Assembly: GCF_035084215.1 (NCBI RefSeq)
Contig: NC_090341.1
Span: 51,522,001 to 51,586,000 of the forward strand
Source: Heptranchias perlo
Lineage: Eukaryota
Reading direction: 5' to 3'
DNA: 64,000 nt
Positions 59,858-64,000 of this stretch are shown here, one piece after another. How positions within the stretch are numbered: the first letter of the stretch is position 1; every line of letters starts with the position of its first letter. The notes beneath the pieces were generated by a model. The model was not told where the DNA came from. It made no database searches and saw nothing but the letters and a program-made list of their open reading frames with translations. The translations under genes were made by a program, and so were the position numbers.

Positions 59858-60594
59858 GGGTGTAATTTTAACCCCAGGAACGGGTGGGTAGGGGCGGGTG
59901 GGTAGTCAAAATTGTAGATTTTAGCAGCGGGACCGCAACCCGACTCCAATTCATCCACATCTGGGTTTAACCCAGGCGCGTTTGGATGCGCAGAACCGAA
60001 ACCCGGAAGTCCCCTCCCCAAAAGAGACAATTTACCTCATTGTCGTAGTTGAGGAACTTAATTTTTCGTTTACTCTAAGACTGAAACTAATTTAACCTCA
60101 ACTGCACAAGTTTCCCACGGTTTATGAATCTCATCAGGTAAAAGGAGGCGAGAAGGGCAGATCCATTCTTGCACTGCTTGTGGGCCAGGAGGAGCAGGAG
60201 TGATCCCTCCAGGCCAACAAGCTTACCTGTAGCGATCGGCCGACCCCCTCTCTGATGTTCGACTGCCGAACCCCCACCTCTAAATCTTCATCCGACTGCC
60301 GACCTCCGAGTACCTCTCTGCCGGTGATCTTCTCCATGCCCACCCCCCCGCCCATGTCCTCTACGGCCCACGATCTCTCCCTCCTTCCTCTCTGATTCCC
60401 GGCTCCTTTCCCTCCCAACGGACAGCCAGCCTGCCAATCCGGCTAGCTGTCATGCAGGAAACCCGGAAGCAAAACTAATCGCCTTCAGTTGAGTTGCGAT
60501 CGCAGATTCCGATGCCCTCACTTCACTTCCGAGTTTCCCACGCGAAAATCTACCCACTCGCTGAGTTCCCAGCTCTGGGTAAAATTCATGCCCC
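59858..60594. mobile_element. Harbinger-type MITE
   Basis: GGGTGTAATTTTAACCC ... GGGTAAAATTCATGCCCC ends; related to 18913-19594. Confidence 0.65.
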
Positions 60595-60599
60595 AAGAT

Positions 60600-62950
60600 T
60601 CCTGGAAGTGTTTAAAGAGGCCTGTGGGGTGGGGTGGGGCGGGGGGGGGGAGAAATGCCTTTTCCGCTCGGGACCCCACTGTTTGTTTATATACTGTACA
60701 GAATGGAATTCCGACGCAGGGGACAAGAGAATAGTCAGGTGCCCATAGGCTCATCAGGAGGAACTATTACCCACCCCAGAGAGAGTACAGGGAGAGGCTG
60801 TCCTTTGAGATGATATCGGACGAGCTGTCTGTGAGAAGGCTACGCTTCAGTAAGGAGGCAATCGGCCGCCTCTGTGAAATGTTACAAGAGGATCTTCAGC
60901 CATGTCCTAACTCCCACAGGACCTTGTTAGTGGCCATGAAGGTAACCACAGCCCTCAAATTTTATGCTTGCGGATCATTTCAGGCAGGCACCAGTGACGG
61001 GATCAGCAGGTCATGAACACCATATTGGGTAGAGCTTCTGAGTTCATCACCTGCGATGTCACCAGTCCAGCAAAGGGAGAGGCCTATCGCAATCCACAGG
61101 ATCGCTGGCTTCCCCAGAGAGCAGGGGGCTGTGGAGGGGACCAAAGTGCCATTGAAGGCATCCAGTGAAACACCAGTCACACACATCAGGAATGTCAGTG
61201 TAGATCACAAGGGAGGTGTTCGTGATCCTTTGTCCTTCGACACTCAGACTTACAGGATTCCTTCGCCAGAGCGTGCCAAGGATCTGGATGGATCTTAGGT
61301 GACAAGGGCTACCCGCTAAAGCTATAGCAGATGACATCCTACTGCAGGACCAATAGGTCCAAGTGTGCACACGGCAAGTAGTGGAGAGGACAATTGGGGT
61401 GCTGAAATTGTCAAAGGCACGACCTCTGTGTCTTGTCTGTTGGCTGTAAACAGGAAACTCAGAGCTGGGCTACTGCTGCTCTGGACAATTTGGGGGTGTA
61501 CTCATTTGTCAAAGTGTCGAGGATTGAGAGTCTGCTGTGCACTGCACAACTTCGCCCTGCGGGAAGGACTGACCTTTAACCAGGCAGATGAGGTACCGGT
61601 GGACAAGATGTAGGATCCCAGCCCAGATGTCGCTGGGGCTGTGGGTTGTGGCTACCCACCACCCCCCCCCCCCCCCCCCCCACACACACTGCAAAAAACC
61701 ATGGCTGCAGAGGGCAGGCAGCGAGAGAGCAGCTGGTGGCTCAGTCATTGGGACAGTGCTGAAATTGACAAAATTCCTCCTCCCCTCCCCAGGAAATCAG
61801 ATAACTGGACAGACAAGATGGAAAGTCCGACTGTGAACTTTTATTGCAGCAGCAAATATTTGGGGAAAACTTTTAAGAAACAGGTAGCTAATGCAAAACT
61901 TTAATTAAACATTGAGGTGCTTAGTGCAAACTTTAAATAAAAATTGAGGTAATTTAGTCATTTTCTACTTTGGAAACAGTTGTAATGTTAACATGGTTGA
62001 CACAAATAACATTTCTCAAACAACTATTAGTGACTTCGGACTAAGATTTAAGGACAGCAGCAAGAAACAATTGTTATACAAACAATCATAAGAGAATTGT
62101 TAAATAACAAAACACCAACAAGCGAATAAAAACAAACAGCAAAGTAATTAACAGACTTGCCCCCTCACAGACTGTGCCTGAGGGTCGCTGTGACAAAGTC
62201 TGAGCAAGAGGAGGTGTCTGAGCACGAGAGGGGCACCCTATTCCCTCCTGGTCCTCACCCCTCCCTGTGAGCTGACCTCTCTTGTGCCAAAGGCATGACC
62301 TCTGTGTCTTGTCTGTTGGCTGTAATCAGAGAGCTCGGAGCTGGGGTGCTGCTGCTCCAAGTGGACGTTGGGAGATGTAGCATCTGGTAGAGGGCGAGCT
62401 ACTGGCTCTTGGACCTGGACTATATCTGCAGTGGGAGGCGGTACAGGGGCATCAGGCAGCACAGCCGTACTCGCCGCATTCACCCCCACTACATCTGAAA
62501 GAACCTAGCAAAGGTTGCCAGCTGGTCACATCCTAGGCAACGCCCTTGATCTCCAGTCTCATGGAAGCGAGAGAGTCTGGGTACTTGTCGTTCTCAGCAA
62601 CCGCCATTCACCTCACTTGTCAACTGATGAAGTCCTGGGGCAGGCGTGTACCACATCTTACAGGGGACTAGGACACATCTACCCCAACCTCCCATAGGTC
62701 CCCAACCCCCTGACAGATCAGACTCATCAATCACGTTTCCTCCCACAGGCCCCGAGTCGCATGTATCTCGCACAGAGCCGGTCAGGTGAGGCGAGGCTCA
62801 TCGTGATCAATTGTTGCCCCCACATCGGCACCCTGAATGTGCCACGTGGGGGACAGGAGTGACACATTGCCTGCTGCGACCCCCCCCCCCCCACCCCAAC
62901 CAGGGTCTCCATCCTCCTCTTCCTCTAGATACCCCCCCCCCCCCGGTTCC
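60600..62950 (+). mobile_element. Degenerate Harbinger transposase region
   Basis: RRLRFSKEAI..LCEML..MKVTTALKFYACGSFQ, IAGFP..GAVEGT, GWILGDKGYPL, CCALHNFALR. Confidence 0.8.
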
Positions 62951-63268
62951 TCCTCCTCCTCCCGCTCACTCACCGCCCTCTGCAGCCCCCAATTCACTGC
63001 CTTTTGTTGGGCCAGATGTCAGAGGGTACTCAGCCCTAGGTCACTCTGCCAATGATTCGTCTGGGCACTCCCAATTGGGTATAACCAGGCTTTATTGTAA
63101 CATTAGCAGAATCAATGATACACACGGTATTCAAGCAACAATTAACAGAATCAAGGTCGGTATTACCCAGTCCGGGTCTCTGGACAGCAGCGCAGCGTGG
63201 TAGGTCTTGTTCAAATCTGCTGTGTTTTGTTCTTTTCGCGCTCTTTCATTTATATCCTTACATTTATC

Positions 63269-64000
63269 AAGTAACAAGGTTAAGGCCCCCTAAGGTCATC
63301 TCACAGTTAACAAGGTTAAGGCCCCCTAAGGTCATCTCACAGTTAACAAGGTTAAGGCCCCCTAAGGTCAACTCACAGTTAACAAGGTTAAGGACCCCTA
63401 AGATCATCTCACAGTTAACAAGGTTAAGGCCCCCTAAGGTCAACTCACAGTTAACAAGGTTAAGGACCCCTAAGATCATCTCACAGTTAACAAGGTTAAG
63501 GCCCCCTAAGGTCAACTCACAGTTAACAAGGTTAAGGACCCCTAAGATCATCTCACAGTTAACAAGGTTAAGGCCCCCTAAGGTCATCTCACAGTTAACA
63601 AAGTTAAGGCCCCCTCAGGTCATCTCACAGTTAACAAGGTTAAGGCCCCCTCAGGTCAACTCACAGTTAACAAGGTTAAGGCCCCCTAAGGTCAACTCAC
63701 AGTTAACAAGGTTAAGGACCCCTAAGATCATCTCACAGTTAACAAGGTTAAGGCCCCCTAAGGTCAACTCACAGTTAACAAGGTTAAGGACCCCTAAGAT
63801 CATCTCACAGTTAACAAGGTTAAGGCCCCCTAAGGTCATCTCACAGTTAACAAAGTTAAGGCCCCCTCAGGTCATCTCACAGTTAACAAGGTTAAGGCCC
63901 CCTCAGGTCAACTCACAGTTAACAAGGTTAAGGCCCCCTAAGATAATCTCACAGTTAACGAGGTTAAGGCCCCCTCAGGTCATCTCACAGTTAACAAGGT
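63269..64000. repeat. 36-bp tandem array (~20 copies, runs off the window), probably inside an LTR beginning near 63096
   Basis: Unit TTAACAAGGTTAAGGCCCCCTAAGGTCATCTCACAG with alternating variants. Confidence 0.95.

Noticed and set aside
63267-63839. Repetitive ORFs (MTLGGLNLVNCE)n
   Set aside because: By-product of the 36-bp array; interrupted by stops in variant units.

Overview
Eukaryotic DNA, almost certainly a shark/elasmobranch (inferred from the CR1, Penelope and Harbinger families and a shark-type MHC class I tail). The window is nearly all nested transposable elements: CR1 and L2 LINEs, Harbinger elements and MITEs, Tigger, several hAT remnants, LTR elements, and Penelope pieces with hammerhead ribozymes. 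No intact host gene was found. The only host-derived sequence is an intronless MHC class I pseudogene split by a CR1 insertion. The stand-out object is a full-length single-ORF APE-RT LINE at 3886-7230 (-). It has a tRNA-derived Pol III head (A/B boxes) and no TTTT terminator anywhere on its 3.3-kb sense strand. It has no AUG until after the endonuclease domain. An anticodon-like hairpin just upstream can pair with an in-frame GCU codon, as in a dicistrovirus IGR-IRES pseudoknot. Together these suggest a Pol III-transcribed, cap- and AUG-independently translated autonomous retrotransposon. All analysis was by eye; boundaries of old elements are approximate.
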